Shown: positions 1 through 9,006, counted from the first letter of the stretch. The stretch is DNA of 46,539 nt from Rickettsia typhi (GCA_945874115.1 CAMCFD010000002.1:1-46539); one strand, 5' to 3'. Program-made: numbers and translations. The notes: generated from the sequence alone by a model not told the origin.

Positions 1-717
1 GTGTTTACTGGTGAAAATGATGCTGATATTATGCATAATTCGGCGACAATTAACCTGAATGTTTTAGATGTTTGTTATAAGCGCAACATCAAAAATATTT
101 TTTATTCATCTTCGGCGTGTATGTATCCTGAGCATAATCAAGTTGATGCGAATAATCCGAACTGTAAAGAAGATTCGGCTTATCCGGCGAACCCCGACAG
201 CGAATATGGTTGGGAAAAATTATTTTCTGAGCGCTTGTTTTTGGCTTATGGACGCAACCACAAAATGAATGTTAGGGTTGCGCGTTTTCACAATATTTTT
301 GGTGTTGAGGGAACTTGGCGCGGCGGTCGTGAGAAATCTCCGGCGGCACTTTGTCGCAAAATTGCCGAGGCGAAAGATGGCGGAACAATTGAAGTTTGGG
401 GCGACGGCAAGCAAACCAGATCATTTTTATATGTTGATGAATGTGTTGAGGGCGTTTTAAGATTGATGCGCTCAGACTTCACGGGGCCAGTAAACATCGG
501 TTCTGACGAGATGATTTCGATTAATGATTTGGCGAAAATGATTGCTGAAATTTCGGGCAAAAAAATTACGATAAAAAATATTCCGGGGCCAATTGGCGTG
601 ATGGGAAGAAATTCGGACAATACTTTGATCAAAGAAAAATTGGGCTGGGCGCCGTCTTATTCTTTGCAAAAAGGAATTGAGAAAACTTATAGCTGGATTG
701 AAGAGCGTATTCGTTAA
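1..717 (+). CDS. gme: GDP-mannose 3,5-epimerase-like NAD-dependent epimerase (extended SDR); 5' end truncated by the window edge
   Basis: The ORF is open to position 1, so the GTG there is an edge artefact. The blocks FHNIFG..GTWRGGREKSPAALCRK, WGDGKQTRSFLYVDECVEGVLRL, PVNIGSDEMISIN and IPGPIGVMGRNSDNTLIKEKLGWAP match, from memory, the conserved core of plant and bacterial GDP-mannose 3,5-epimerase. Confidence 0.8.
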   Translation: MFTGENDADIMHNSATINLNVLDVCYKRNIKNIFYSSSACMYPEHNQVDANNPNCKEDSAYPANPDSEYGWEKLFSERLFLAYGRNHKMNVRVARFHNIFGVEGTWRGGREKSPAALCRKIAEAKDGGTIEVWGDGKQTRSFLYVDECVEGVLRLMRSDFTGPVNIGSDEMISINDLAKMIAEISGKKITIKNIPGPIGVMGRNSDNTLIKEKLGWAPSYSLQKGIEKTYSWIEERIR

Positions 718-797
718 TAAAAAAATTAAGTTAAGTGGCAATAGATAATGTAATAATTATCCATTGCCGCAGAAGTGTTAGATGAGCATTTGCGATC

Positions 798-2165
798 TTA
801 GTTTCTTTCTTGAATTATATTAACATCTTTTATTAACGCTTCAGAATTTGCTTCCCCGCCGCTTCTTATCATAATAATGTTACTCTCGTTTAACTGTGTA
901 ATTTTAAAATAAAAATCTTTTGGACCATCTTCTTTTTTAATGATTTTTTCACCTATAATATCGTTGCCTGAAATTTTCCCAACCCCGATCAATCCTTTAG
1001 TTGCTGATATTTTCAATAGTAACCATACCCTTTTATTTTGCGATAAAGCTTCGTTAATTTGAGATCTACTGTTTTGAGATAATTGAATTTCGGCGGCATA
1101 TGCCCATGGAGTATTTGGGGTGATAATTACGTTGCAATTTTCTTCACTTTTATTTTTATTATCTAAAAAATTTATATTATATTCGCATTCCAACTGATCT
1201 GTTTTTTCTTTTATTGGCGCTTGATCTTTGTATATGGCCAATTTTTGATTCTTATTGAATCCTAAATCATATTTTTCTATAAAATTAAAAATTTTATTGT
1301 AAGTTTTGTCATATTCATAAGCCTTATTGCAATGAAATATGATATCTTCATGATCATGGTTTATATATGAAATTTGTTCGCAAGCCCACATATGAATTCC
1401 GGCCTTGCATTTGTCTTTAGAGATTAATTTTAAAACTTCATTCTCTTTATTTTCTTCAAAAAACTCTTCAAGATAAGACACTTTGTCTGCGGTCATTTGT
1501 TTAAAATCTGCGGCTCTAAAAGACATTGAATCACTAGTTCTGAGAGCTTTAACTATTGGGGCGTCAAACCATTTAAATTTTTCGGAAGGATATTTTAACG
1601 CAAGTCTTGACCATAGCTCGTAATCTGGGCAAGTTTTGTTTGAATATTTGTAAAACAATTCGTTTGCTAATAATTTTCTATTGAAAAATGAAGTAGCGAT
1701 GGCGCAAATGTGCTCGCAAGTTAAGTGGCGCTCTAATTCTAAATAGTCATCTAAATATTTATCAACTTCTTTTTCATCGGCATTTAAAAATTTACAAGCG
1801 CCTCCGCAAACGATATTATTTGGATATTTTTTGAACCATTTAACAGCTTGACTTACGGTGTGCGGATAATATCTTTCATCTGCCGCTAAAATTCCGACTA
1901 TATCGCCAGTTGCATTGCGCAAGCCTTTGGAATAGGCCTCTGATATTCCGGAATCTTTTTCTGAAATCAGAACGATATTTAAAAATTGTTTTTGACTTTC
2001 TAGATATTCAACCGAACCATCAGTTGATTTTGCGTCGATGATGACAATCTCGATATTTTTGTAGGTTTGATCTTTAAGGGACTCGATTGTTAGCTTTAAA
2101 ATATGAAGCGAATTTTTATTGCTAATTACTATTGAAACAAGAGGTTTATAAAAAAAATTAAACAT
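798..2165 (-). CDS. Family 2 glycosyltransferase with an extra C-terminal domain of about 125 aa
   Basis: The N-terminus VSIVISNKN...DQTYKNIEIVIIDAKSTDGS is the GT-A/GT2 signature. It also has an acidic ILAADERY motif and PDYELWSRL, an ED-x-DL-x-x-R type motif. Residues ~330-455 have no GT2 counterpart. Confidence 0.8.
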   Translation of the reverse strand: MFNFFYKPLVSIVISNKNSLHILKLTIESLKDQTYKNIEIVIIDAKSTDGSVEYLESQKQFLNIVLISEKDSGISEAYSKGLRNATGDIVGILAADERYYPHTVSQAVKWFKKYPNNIVCGGACKFLNADEKEVDKYLDDYLELERHLTCEHICAIATSFFNRKLLANELFYKYSNKTCPDYELWSRLALKYPSEKFKWFDAPIVKALRTSDSMSFRAADFKQMTADKVSYLEEFFEENKENEVLKLISKDKCKAGIHMWACEQISYINHDHEDIIFHCNKAYEYDKTYNKIFNFIEKYDLGFNKNQKLAIYKDQAPIKEKTDQLECEYNINFLDNKNKSEENCNVIITPNTPWAYAAEIQLSQNSRSQINEALSQNKRVWLLLKISATKGLIGVGKISGNDIIGEKIIKKEDGPKDFYFKITQLNESNIIMIRSGGEANSEALIKDVNIIQERN

Positions 2166-2168
2166 AAA

Positions 2169-2906
2169 TTATTTTTCGTCAATGGTAAGAAAGATTTTTT
2201 TGTTCCCAATTATGGTAAAAGGTCGGGGCTTGCCAGGAAAGGTCAGGGCCCGTATTTTATCATAAATTTCTATTTCCGGTAAGTTTAAGTCAATATAATG
2301 GTCGATTTTTCCTTTTTTAAACATGTGGTACGGTCCTGTTTGTGCGTAAGAGGCGACTCTGTCTCGACTTTCTATAATTTTTGTAATATTGTTGACAAAT
2401 AAATCATATACTTTGTCAAAAGACCTGTTATAAAGGCTGTAAGATGTATCATCTTCAAATATTGGTATTTCGAGTAACTCTATTATTGGGCCGGTGTCAA
2501 CTTGTTTTGCCATGTAATGCAAGGTGACGCCGAATTTCCAGTTATTTTCTTTGCGCGCCAAAAGAATAGCGTGTAAAACGCTGTTTGAGCCGCGAAACCT
2601 TGGAAGCGGCCCCAAATGGCAGTTTATAAAGCCTTTTGATGGAATATCAAGAACATCAGCACCTAATACTTTGTCGTACAAAAGACTGATTCCTAAATCA
2701 AATTTTTTATAAGGAATGTCTTCGTATTTTATGATTTCAATATTATGTTTTTTGGCGAGCGCTAAAACGTCTTGATCTTCCCTGATTTCAACATGCGAAT
2801 TGTGAGGAGAAACCGCGACAATTTCAATATTTTTGAAGTTTTCAATAAGATATTTGAAACATCTGTAGCTTTGAAGATTGCTTCCTAAAAATAGAATTTT
2901 TAACAT
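2169..2906 (-). CDS. Formyltransferase, probably a sugar N-formyltransferase
   Basis: 245 aa. It has the Formyl_trans_N pattern NCHLGPLPRFRGSNSV (H..LP..RG) and QVDTGPII (catalytic Asp context). The size fits sugar N-formyltransferases rather than Fmt. It lies 3 nt downstream of a DegT-family aminotransferase. Confidence 0.75.
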   Translation of the reverse strand: MLKILFLGSNLQSYRCFKYLIENFKNIEIVAVSPHNSHVEIREDQDVLALAKKHNIEIIKYEDIPYKKFDLGISLLYDKVLGADVLDIPSKGFINCHLGPLPRFRGSNSVLHAILLARKENNWKFGVTLHYMAKQVDTGPIIELLEIPIFEDDTSYSLYNRSFDKVYDLFVNNITKIIESRDRVASYAQTGPYHMFKKGKIDHYIDLNLPEIEIYDKIRALTFPGKPRPFTIIGNKKIFLTIDEK

Positions 2907-2909
2907 TTT

Positions 2910-4001
2910 TTATAATTTTATAAAATCAATTTTTAAATCCATGACCCTATGAGCCATATCTTCCATGTCTTCTAGGCTTGTTCCAATGCCAAAAGGAAGA
3001 TAGACTGCATGATTTTTCCAAAATAAACCAGCTTCAAAATTTTCGTTCTCGCCAAGATTTTTATACGGATTTAAATTGTTAAACAAATTATATTGATCTG
3101 CTGCCATTATGTTGCTTTTCTTCAACATTTCTAGGGTTTTATCCTTATCTTTGACGAAAATTATATTTTGAAAAGGATAGTTTTTATCAGAAGTTTCAAC
3201 CAAATTATTATCAAGAATTTTTTGTATTTTTCTAAAAATCTTCATTTTTAATTTGTGTCTTTTATCAAGCTCTTTTATTTGAGATAATCCAAGAGTGGAA
3301 TTTATATCGCACATTCTTAAATTTGAGCCAATTGAGTTTATGTTGTTTTCTTTGCGCCAGTTTAATCCACCCTGATCAGAAAGTTCGATTATTTTATTTT
3401 TAGTTTCAAGGCAATCGGTCATAATTGCGCCACCTTGGCCAGTTGAGATAATTTTGGGGACACTAAAGCTGGTTATAGAGATGTCTCCGATGCTGCCACC
3501 GATTTTGTTTTGCGATTTGCGTCCAAGGCTCCAAGCGCCGTCTTCTATTAAGGGGATGTTATGCTGTTTGCAAATTCTTGCTACTTCTTCGATTTCTTTT
3601 CCAATGCTGCCGAGAAAATTTATGAAGCAAACTGCTTTGGTGGCTGGAGTAATTGCTTTTTCCAGCTTTTTTGGATCCATGCAGCCGGTTTTCATGTTAA
3701 TGTCAATCAATTTTGGTTTTAATCCGCAAAATGCAAAGGCATTTATAACAGAAAAGACGCCATAACAAGGTATGGCAATTTCGTCTCCAGGCTTTAAATT
3801 TAGTACTTTTGCAGCAATTGACAAGGCGACGCTTCCGCTATTTAATGGAACTGCGAATTTTCTGTTGGAGGTGAGGGCTATCTCATTTGCGAACTCCTCT
3901 GTAACTTTGCCTGGCCCGACAAAAGATGAAAAAACTTGTTTTTCTACTGCTTTTGAGTCTTTTTTTGATATTTTAGGTTCTGCTAAGGGAATAAATTTCA
4001 T
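2910..4001 (-). CDS. DegT/DnrJ/EryC1/StrS-family PLP-dependent sugar aminotransferase
   Basis: 363 aa. Motifs are SGSVALSIA, GDEIAIP and IEDGAWSLG, with the PLP-lysine context SFSVPKIISTGQGGAIMT. Confidence 0.85.
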   Translation of the reverse strand: MKFIPLAEPKISKKDSKAVEKQVFSSFVGPGKVTEEFANEIALTSNRKFAVPLNSGSVALSIAAKVLNLKPGDEIAIPCYGVFSVINAFAFCGLKPKLIDINMKTGCMDPKKLEKAITPATKAVCFINFLGSIGKEIEEVARICKQHNIPLIEDGAWSLGRKSQNKIGGSIGDISITSFSVPKIISTGQGGAIMTDCLETKNKIIELSDQGGLNWRKENNINSIGSNLRMCDINSTLGLSQIKELDKRHKLKMKIFRKIQKILDNNLVETSDKNYPFQNIIFVKDKDKTLEMLKKSNIMAADQYNLFNNLNPYKNLGENENFEAGLFWKNHAVYLPFGIGTSLEDMEDMAHRVMDLKIDFIKL

Positions 4002-4029
4002 TCTGGAGAAAGTTTAAATTGCTACTTTG

Positions 4030-4059
4030 TTGCAAGATGGAGCGATTATATTATATAAT
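4030..4059 (+). promoter_or_regulatory. Candidate sigma70-type promoter for the plus-strand operon starting at 4212
   Basis: TTGCAA (4030-4035), an 18-nt spacer, then TATAAT (4054-4059), in the divergent intergenic region 4002-4211. Confidence 0.35.
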
Positions 4060-4211
4060 TTGTGCAATTAAAATCAAGTCAAAAGTAAAATTTTAAATTG
4101 CGGATAAAAACTGGTTTTTACGGTATTTTCGAATTGATTTTCCCCTTTATTATTTAATTTATTGTTGTAAGATATATGTTCTTAGAAAAATATAAAATTA
4201 ATAGGGATAAA

Positions 4212-5183
4212 ATGAAAATATTAATAACTGGTGCTGCTGGCTATTTAGGAAGCCAACTAACAAGTTATATGCTGCTTAAGGGCCATCAGATAAGGGCATT
4301 TGACAACATGTATTACGGGGGAGAATCCCTTCTTTTTGGTATAAATAACAAGAATTTAGAGATCGTCAGGGGAGATGTTCGAAATGAAGAGCAATTAAAT
4401 AAAGCAATGGAATCAGTTGATTGCGTTATTCACTTGGCAGGGATAGTGGGTGAGCCCGCTTGTAATCTTGATAAATCTTTTGCATGGGAGATAAATCACG
4501 ATGCCGCGATAAAACTTGTTGATTTGGTTGGTCAAAATAATATCAAAAAAATGGTTTTTATCAGCACCTGCAGTAATTATGGAGTGTCAAAACCAAATGA
4601 GTTGGTTGATGAAAATTCGCAATTAAACCCGCTTTCTGATTATGCGAAGGCTAAAGTTGCGGTTGAAAAATATATAATGAATTCTTCTAAGGTTTCTTAC
4701 TCTATATTAAGACTTGGAACGCTTTGCGGATTAAGTGCTCGGATGAGATTCGATCTTATGATCAACGAAATTGGTGCGGCCATTGCCCTTGATAAAGAAA
4801 TAGACATATACACGCCGCAATCATGGCGTCCTTATGTTACTGTTAATGATGCCGCTGTGGCAATTGAAAAAATTGTTGGCGCAAATGAAAATTTGGTTAA
4901 TAAGAACATATTTAACATAGTGAGTTGCAATTTACAAAAATTACAAATTGTTGAGATGGTGTTGAAGAATTTTCCTCAAGCGAAAATTAAAATTACTGAT
5001 AAAGCGCCCGATTTAAGGGATTATAAAGTAAATGGCGATAAATTTACAAATATATTCGGTAAATTTGATGAAAAGGCGATAGAAAACACATTCCTTAAAG
5101 TGGTAAATTCGGTTAAAAATCAATATTTTTATGATTCGCAATCCGCAATTCACACGGCCACTTCATATAAAAAAATTAATTAA
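4212..5183 (+). CDS. NAD-dependent nucleotide-sugar epimerase/dehydratase (SDR family)
   Basis: Rossmann motif ILITGAAGYLGSQL, the STCSNYG serine region and the catalytic YAKAK (YxxxK). The ATG at 4212 has an AGGGA Shine-Dalgarno-like sequence 5 nt upstream. The ORF track starts at 4176, which has no SD. Confidence 0.8.
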   Translation: MKILITGAAGYLGSQLTSYMLLKGHQIRAFDNMYYGGESLLFGINNKNLEIVRGDVRNEEQLNKAMESVDCVIHLAGIVGEPACNLDKSFAWEINHDAAIKLVDLVGQNNIKKMVFISTCSNYGVSKPNELVDENSQLNPLSDYAKAKVAVEKYIMNSSKVSYSILRLGTLCGLSARMRFDLMINEIGAAIALDKEIDIYTPQSWRPYVTVNDAAVAIEKIVGANENLVNKNIFNIVSCNLQKLQIVEMVLKNFPQAKIKITDKAPDLRDYKVNGDKFTNIFGKFDEKAIENTFLKVVNSVKNQYFYDSQSAIHTATSYKKIN

Positions 5184-5193
5184 AAGGACTTAA

Positions 5194-6549
5194 ATGAAAA
5201 CATTGTCTGTGTTTGGTGTTGGAAAGGTTGGCATTACTCTTATAGGCTCTTTTTTAAAAAATGGATATAAAGTAATCGGAGTTGATACTAATGCAAATTT
5301 AATCGATAAAATTTCTCAAAGAAAATTTCGTTTTGATGAGCCGGGAGTCCATGAATTGATCGAAAATAATTATGATAATTTTTTGGCCACAGGTGACGTT
5401 GCTAAGGCAGTTAAAGATTCTGATGTTAGCTTTATTATTGTACCAACGCATAGCAATGAAGTTGGCGGTTTTTCTAATAAATATATTATAGAATGTGTTA
5501 GAGAAATTGCGAAATCTATAAAAAATAAAAATAGTTTTCACACGATATCCCTTGTAAGCACAACAATTCCGGGTTCTAGCGTTTTTGAAATAATTCCAAT
5601 TTTAGAACTTGAATCTGACAAAAAAATCGGTGAATCGGTTGGTTTTTGCTATAATCCATCTTTTATTGCGCAAGGTGAAATATTAAAAGGCATTACTACT
5701 CCCGATTATATTTTGATCGGAGAATCTTGTAAAAAAAGTGGTGACGCTGTTGAAGCTGTGCACAAATCTATCGTCGAAAATAATGCTCAAGTTGTGAGGA
5801 TGAACCCCACTGAAGCAGAAATTACTAAGCTTGCTTCTAATACCCACGAAACCATGCGCGTATCTTTCGCCAATATGCTTTCGCAAATATGCAACGAAAT
5901 GCCACAAGCTAACGTTGATAACGTTACTAATGCATTATCATTTAGAGTTGGCAGAAGATTTTTTAAGGGCGCCGTTCCATATGGTGGGCCGTGTTGGCCT
6001 CGAGATAACATTGCTCTATCGGGCGCGATGAAGGCAATTGGGCTTGATAGTATCATTCCTGATGCGGTTGATATTTTCAATAAATCGCATGGAGATTATC
6101 TGGTAAACATTTTGCAAGAAATTATAGATAATAAAAATTTAAGTTTAGGAATTATTGGCTTGGCTTATAAGGTTGGAACCCCATTAATTGATAGATCGTT
6201 TGCCATTAAAATTGCCGAAGAATTAAATGATAATGTGTCAAAAATTGTTGGTTGGGATGATTTGGCGGGAGATAATTTTAGATCATACTTTAAATCAAAT
6301 AATAAAGTTGAAGTTGCTTATGATGCTAATTTGTGTGCTGCGCAAGATATTTGTTTAATTTTACAGCCAATTAAAAGTATTGAGAAGTTAAATTTTGTCG
6401 CTAATCCAAAAACAATTGTGGTTGATTTTTGGAGAATCTTGCCAAAAGAAATATCCAAAAATATCAAAAATTATATGGCTTATGGAGTCAACTCTGATCA
6501 GCAAGATGGATATGTAAATAAAGCTAATTTATTAAAATTAACCAAATAA
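5194..6549 (+). CDS. UDP-glucose/GDP-mannose dehydrogenase-family nucleotide-sugar dehydrogenase (paralogue 1)
   Basis: 451 aa. N-terminal Rossmann FGVGKVG, NPSFIAQGE, the catalytic-Cys context GGPCWPRDN and the C-terminal UDP-binding-domain pattern GLAYKVGTP. An AAAGGA SD precedes the ATG. Confidence 0.85.
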   Translation: MKTLSVFGVGKVGITLIGSFLKNGYKVIGVDTNANLIDKISQRKFRFDEPGVHELIENNYDNFLATGDVAKAVKDSDVSFIIVPTHSNEVGGFSNKYIIECVREIAKSIKNKNSFHTISLVSTTIPGSSVFEIIPILELESDKKIGESVGFCYNPSFIAQGEILKGITTPDYILIGESCKKSGDAVEAVHKSIVENNAQVVRMNPTEAEITKLASNTHETMRVSFANMLSQICNEMPQANVDNVTNALSFRVGRRFFKGAVPYGGPCWPRDNIALSGAMKAIGLDSIIPDAVDIFNKSHGDYLVNILQEIIDNKNLSLGIIGLAYKVGTPLIDRSFAIKIAEELNDNVSKIVGWDDLAGDNFRSYFKSNNKVEVAYDANLCAAQDICLILQPIKSIEKLNFVANPKTIVVDFWRILPKEISKNIKNYMAYGVNSDQQDGYVNKANLLKLTK

Positions 6550-6552
6550 ATT

Positions 6553-7944
6553 ATGTCTAGATTTTTTAAGAGATTTAAAAAGAAAGAAGGCGAAATTAGC
6601 GTTGCTCAGGCAAGATTTGTAGAAAATAAAAATATTTTAGGGGATTTTACGACATCAGAAGTTACATGGTCTCATTGCATATGTGAAGAAATAGAAAAAA
6701 TTTCTACAATTGAAGAAGATGAAAAAAGAAGTGGTTATGTATGCTTATTTTCGATCAATGTTAAAAAGGGCTCTGTTGGTGCTTATCTTGAGCATAAAGG
6801 CTCTCAAATTACGTGTGAAAAATTTTTGCCTCAGGGTGAAAATCATCAAATAAAATTTATGTTTGATGAAATTAAAGATACAAAATTTATTGTTAGAAAT
6901 GTGAGTGATAAAGGTTGTTCAGAATTTAATCTAGAAAGTTTCGAAGTGTTTTCTGCTTATGAAATAGATGTTAGTAAGGAAATTGTAGAATTATTGCCCG
7001 TTCTTTTAAAATCAGAAAATTCATTAGATCTTGATGAGGTTGCTAAAAAATTTAAATTAAAATCTTGTCAAATCAAAAAATTAATTTGTGCCAAAGATGT
7101 TGATTTAGAAATTGATCTTAAAAAAATATTCTCTGATTCGGTCGGGAAATTGATTTTGCAAGAATATTATAGAATGGTTGAAATGACCGATCTTTGCAAT
7201 ACCGCAGATCTTGGCGGAGAGCAGCTTGGAGCTTCTTTAACCAGAAATTATTGGAAGCTATATTTGAAGCAAAGCACAATCAGAGTTTATCAATTAATCA
7301 AAGAATTTAAAGAGCGTGGATTTAATAAAGGATCAATATTGGAAATTGGTTGCTTTATCGGAACTTTTGCGATTCCTTTAAGAAAGATGGGTTATGAAGT
7401 AACGGTTGTTGATAGGTTCGATTCTTTTAAAGATACAATTGATGTTTTTAAAAATGAAATGTTGAAAAGTGGAATAAATCTTGTGGCAACCAATGAAGAA
7501 AATGAATATGAAGTTATAAAAAATCTCCCTCAATTTGACGCTGTAATTAGCATGGCGGTTATTGAGCACATACCTCACACCCCTAGATATTTTTTAGAAG
7601 CGTTAATTGCTAGAGTTAAAAAAGGTGGCTTAATCGCTCTAGATACGCCAAATATCGCGCGCTATTGGAATAGAAAAAATTTAAATGAAGGTAAAACAAT
7701 TCATCAAGAAATTGAAAATCAGTTCTGGTCTAAAATTCCTTATTTGGGGCATCATCGAGAATATAATGTTGCAGAGCTTGTGTGGATGCTGCAACAGTTA
7801 AGGGTGACGGATGTTAAATCAAAATTATTTGATTATAATTTATTGCAATTTGCAAAAATTGAACATGATCACCGCGAATCTTTTTTATCAATGATTTGTA
7901 ATGCTGAGTTAAAAGATACAATTTTGGTTGTTGGTAAAGTTTAA
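6553..7944 (+). CDS. Two-domain protein: unknown N-terminal domain (~230 aa) plus a C-terminal class I SAM-dependent methyltransferase
   Basis: The C-terminal half has SAM motif I ILEIGCFIGTFAIPL, motif II VTVVDR, and AVISMAVIEHIPH / GGLIALDTPN. The N-terminal half matches no family I recognise. Confidence 0.7.
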   Translation: MSRFFKRFKKKEGEISVAQARFVENKNILGDFTTSEVTWSHCICEEIEKISTIEEDEKRSGYVCLFSINVKKGSVGAYLEHKGSQITCEKFLPQGENHQIKFMFDEIKDTKFIVRNVSDKGCSEFNLESFEVFSAYEIDVSKEIVELLPVLLKSENSLDLDEVAKKFKLKSCQIKKLICAKDVDLEIDLKKIFSDSVGKLILQEYYRMVEMTDLCNTADLGGEQLGASLTRNYWKLYLKQSTIRVYQLIKEFKERGFNKGSILEIGCFIGTFAIPLRKMGYEVTVVDRFDSFKDTIDVFKNEMLKSGINLVATNEENEYEVIKNLPQFDAVISMAVIEHIPHTPRYFLEALIARVKKGGLIALDTPNIARYWNRKNLNEGKTIHQEIENQFWSKIPYLGHHREYNVAELVWMLQQLRVTDVKSKLFDYNLLQFAKIEHDHRESFLSMICNAELKDTILVVGKV

Positions 7945-7959
7945 CAAAATATAAAAATT

Positions 7960-8499
7960 ATGAAGCTACATTTAGGTTGTGGAAAAAGATTTATTCCTGG
8001 TTTTGTTCATGTGGATATTGCAAAGTTTGATCATATAGATCATAACCGCAGAGTCGATGATTTGTCTTGTTTTGAAGATAATTCGGCAGAATTAATTTAT
8101 GCTTGCCAAGTTTTAGAATATTTTGATCGCGATGAGCTTCCTGTCGTATTAAAAGAATGGAAGAGGGTATTAAAAAAATCAGGAATTTTAAGACTTTCGG
8201 TTCCAAATTTTAAAGTTCTTTCAGATTTATATCAAGCCGGTTTAAGCCTCGAATTTTTTTTGGGAACATTATACGGAAAGTGGCATATTGGAGAAGAAAA
8301 ATATGTTTATCACAAAACTACCTTCGATTTTAAATCGGCCGAGCGTGTTTTGGAAGATGCGGGATTCAAAAATATCGAATTGTGGGATTGGAGAACAACT
8401 GAGCATTGTGAAATTGATGATTATTCTCAGGCCTACTTTCCTCATATGGAAAAAAATAAGGGTGTTTTATTTAACCTTAATATTCAGTGTCAAAAATAA
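7960..8499 (+). CDS. Small class I SAM-dependent methyltransferase (Methyltransf_11-like)
   Basis: 179 aa. MKLHLGCGKRFIPGFVHVD (the LGCG SAM-binding loop), then ELIYACQVLEYF and VLKKSGILRLSVPN. Confidence 0.7.
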   Translation: MKLHLGCGKRFIPGFVHVDIAKFDHIDHNRRVDDLSCFEDNSAELIYACQVLEYFDRDELPVVLKEWKRVLKKSGILRLSVPNFKVLSDLYQAGLSLEFFLGTLYGKWHIGEEKYVYHKTTFDFKSAERVLEDAGFKNIELWDWRTTEHCEIDDYSQAYFPHMEKNKGVLFNLNIQCQK

Positions 8500-8625
8500 T
8501 TTATAACCGATTTTTTATAATAAACTTATTTAAGGTTGCTGTTTTTTATAACCAACTTGCCAAATTATAAAAATAGTTTGTAAGAAATTTTTTGACCGAA
8601 AAAATAAAATCAAAAATAAATTCTT

Positions 8626-9006
8626 ATGCAAAATTCTAAGGTTAAAGTAAAAGATTTAAGAATCTTCGGGTTTATTTGGTCTTTTATTTTTTTAATGATA
8701 TTTCTAAAATCTGATAATATTATTTTTGTTATAACTTCGGCTATTTTTATGGCTATTTCGATGTTTTATCCACTTCTTTTTGTTAAATCTCGTTTTTATG
8801 GATCTTGGATAAAATTTGGGAATTTTGTTGGAAAAATTAATTCATTCGTTATAATTTCTATATTATTTTATTTAATCTTCATTCCTTTTGGGCTTGTGAT
8901 AAAAATTTTTAAAAAAGATTTTCTTAATTTAAAAATTGATAAAAAAAGAAAAAGTTATTTTGAAGATTGTTCGAGCGAAAAAAGCTCTATGTTAAATCAA
9001 TATTAA
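8626..9006 (+). CDS. SxtJ-family small membrane protein
   Basis: 126 aa with 3-4 predicted TM helices. It has the pattern LRIFGFIW...P..F....W.KFG..VGKINS.VI..ILFYL.F.PFGL, as I remember it for SxtJ-family proteins. It sits directly upstream of a DUF5989-like ORF and a carbamoyltransferase, which is the usual gene order. Confidence 0.6.
   Translation: MQNSKVKVKDLRIFGFIWSFIFLMIFLKSDNIIFVITSAIFMAISMFYPLLFVKSRFYGSWIKFGNFVGKINSFVIISILFYLIFIPFGLVIKIFKKDFLNLKIDKKRKSYFEDCSSEKSSMLNQY

Noticed and set aside
735-770. An imperfect hairpin GTGGCAATAG...CCATTGCCGC between the convergent gme-like and GT2 genes, considered as a bidirectional terminator.
   Set aside because: Only a 6-bp perfect core (GGCAAT/ATTGCC) with a 20-nt loop and no flanking U or A tracts. 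This is too weak to call.
4176-4211. The longer start (ATG 4176) for the SDR gene, and likewise 15872 for the GNAT and TTG 24568 for the hisF-like gene.
   Set aside because: The downstream ATGs (4212, 15914, 24580) give N-termini that begin right at the conserved domain. 4212 has an SD-like AGGGA. 15914 and 24580 sit at or just after the upstream stop codon, as with the other coupled genes here. The longer forms cannot be fully excluded.
8500-8553. Direct repeats TTTATAACC (8500-8508 and 8545-8553) and TTTTTTATAA (8511-8520 and 8542-8551) upstream of the SxtJ-like gene.
   Set aside because: These are short A/T-rich words in a very AT-rich spacer. They are expected by chance and have no symmetry or spacing suggestive of a binding site.
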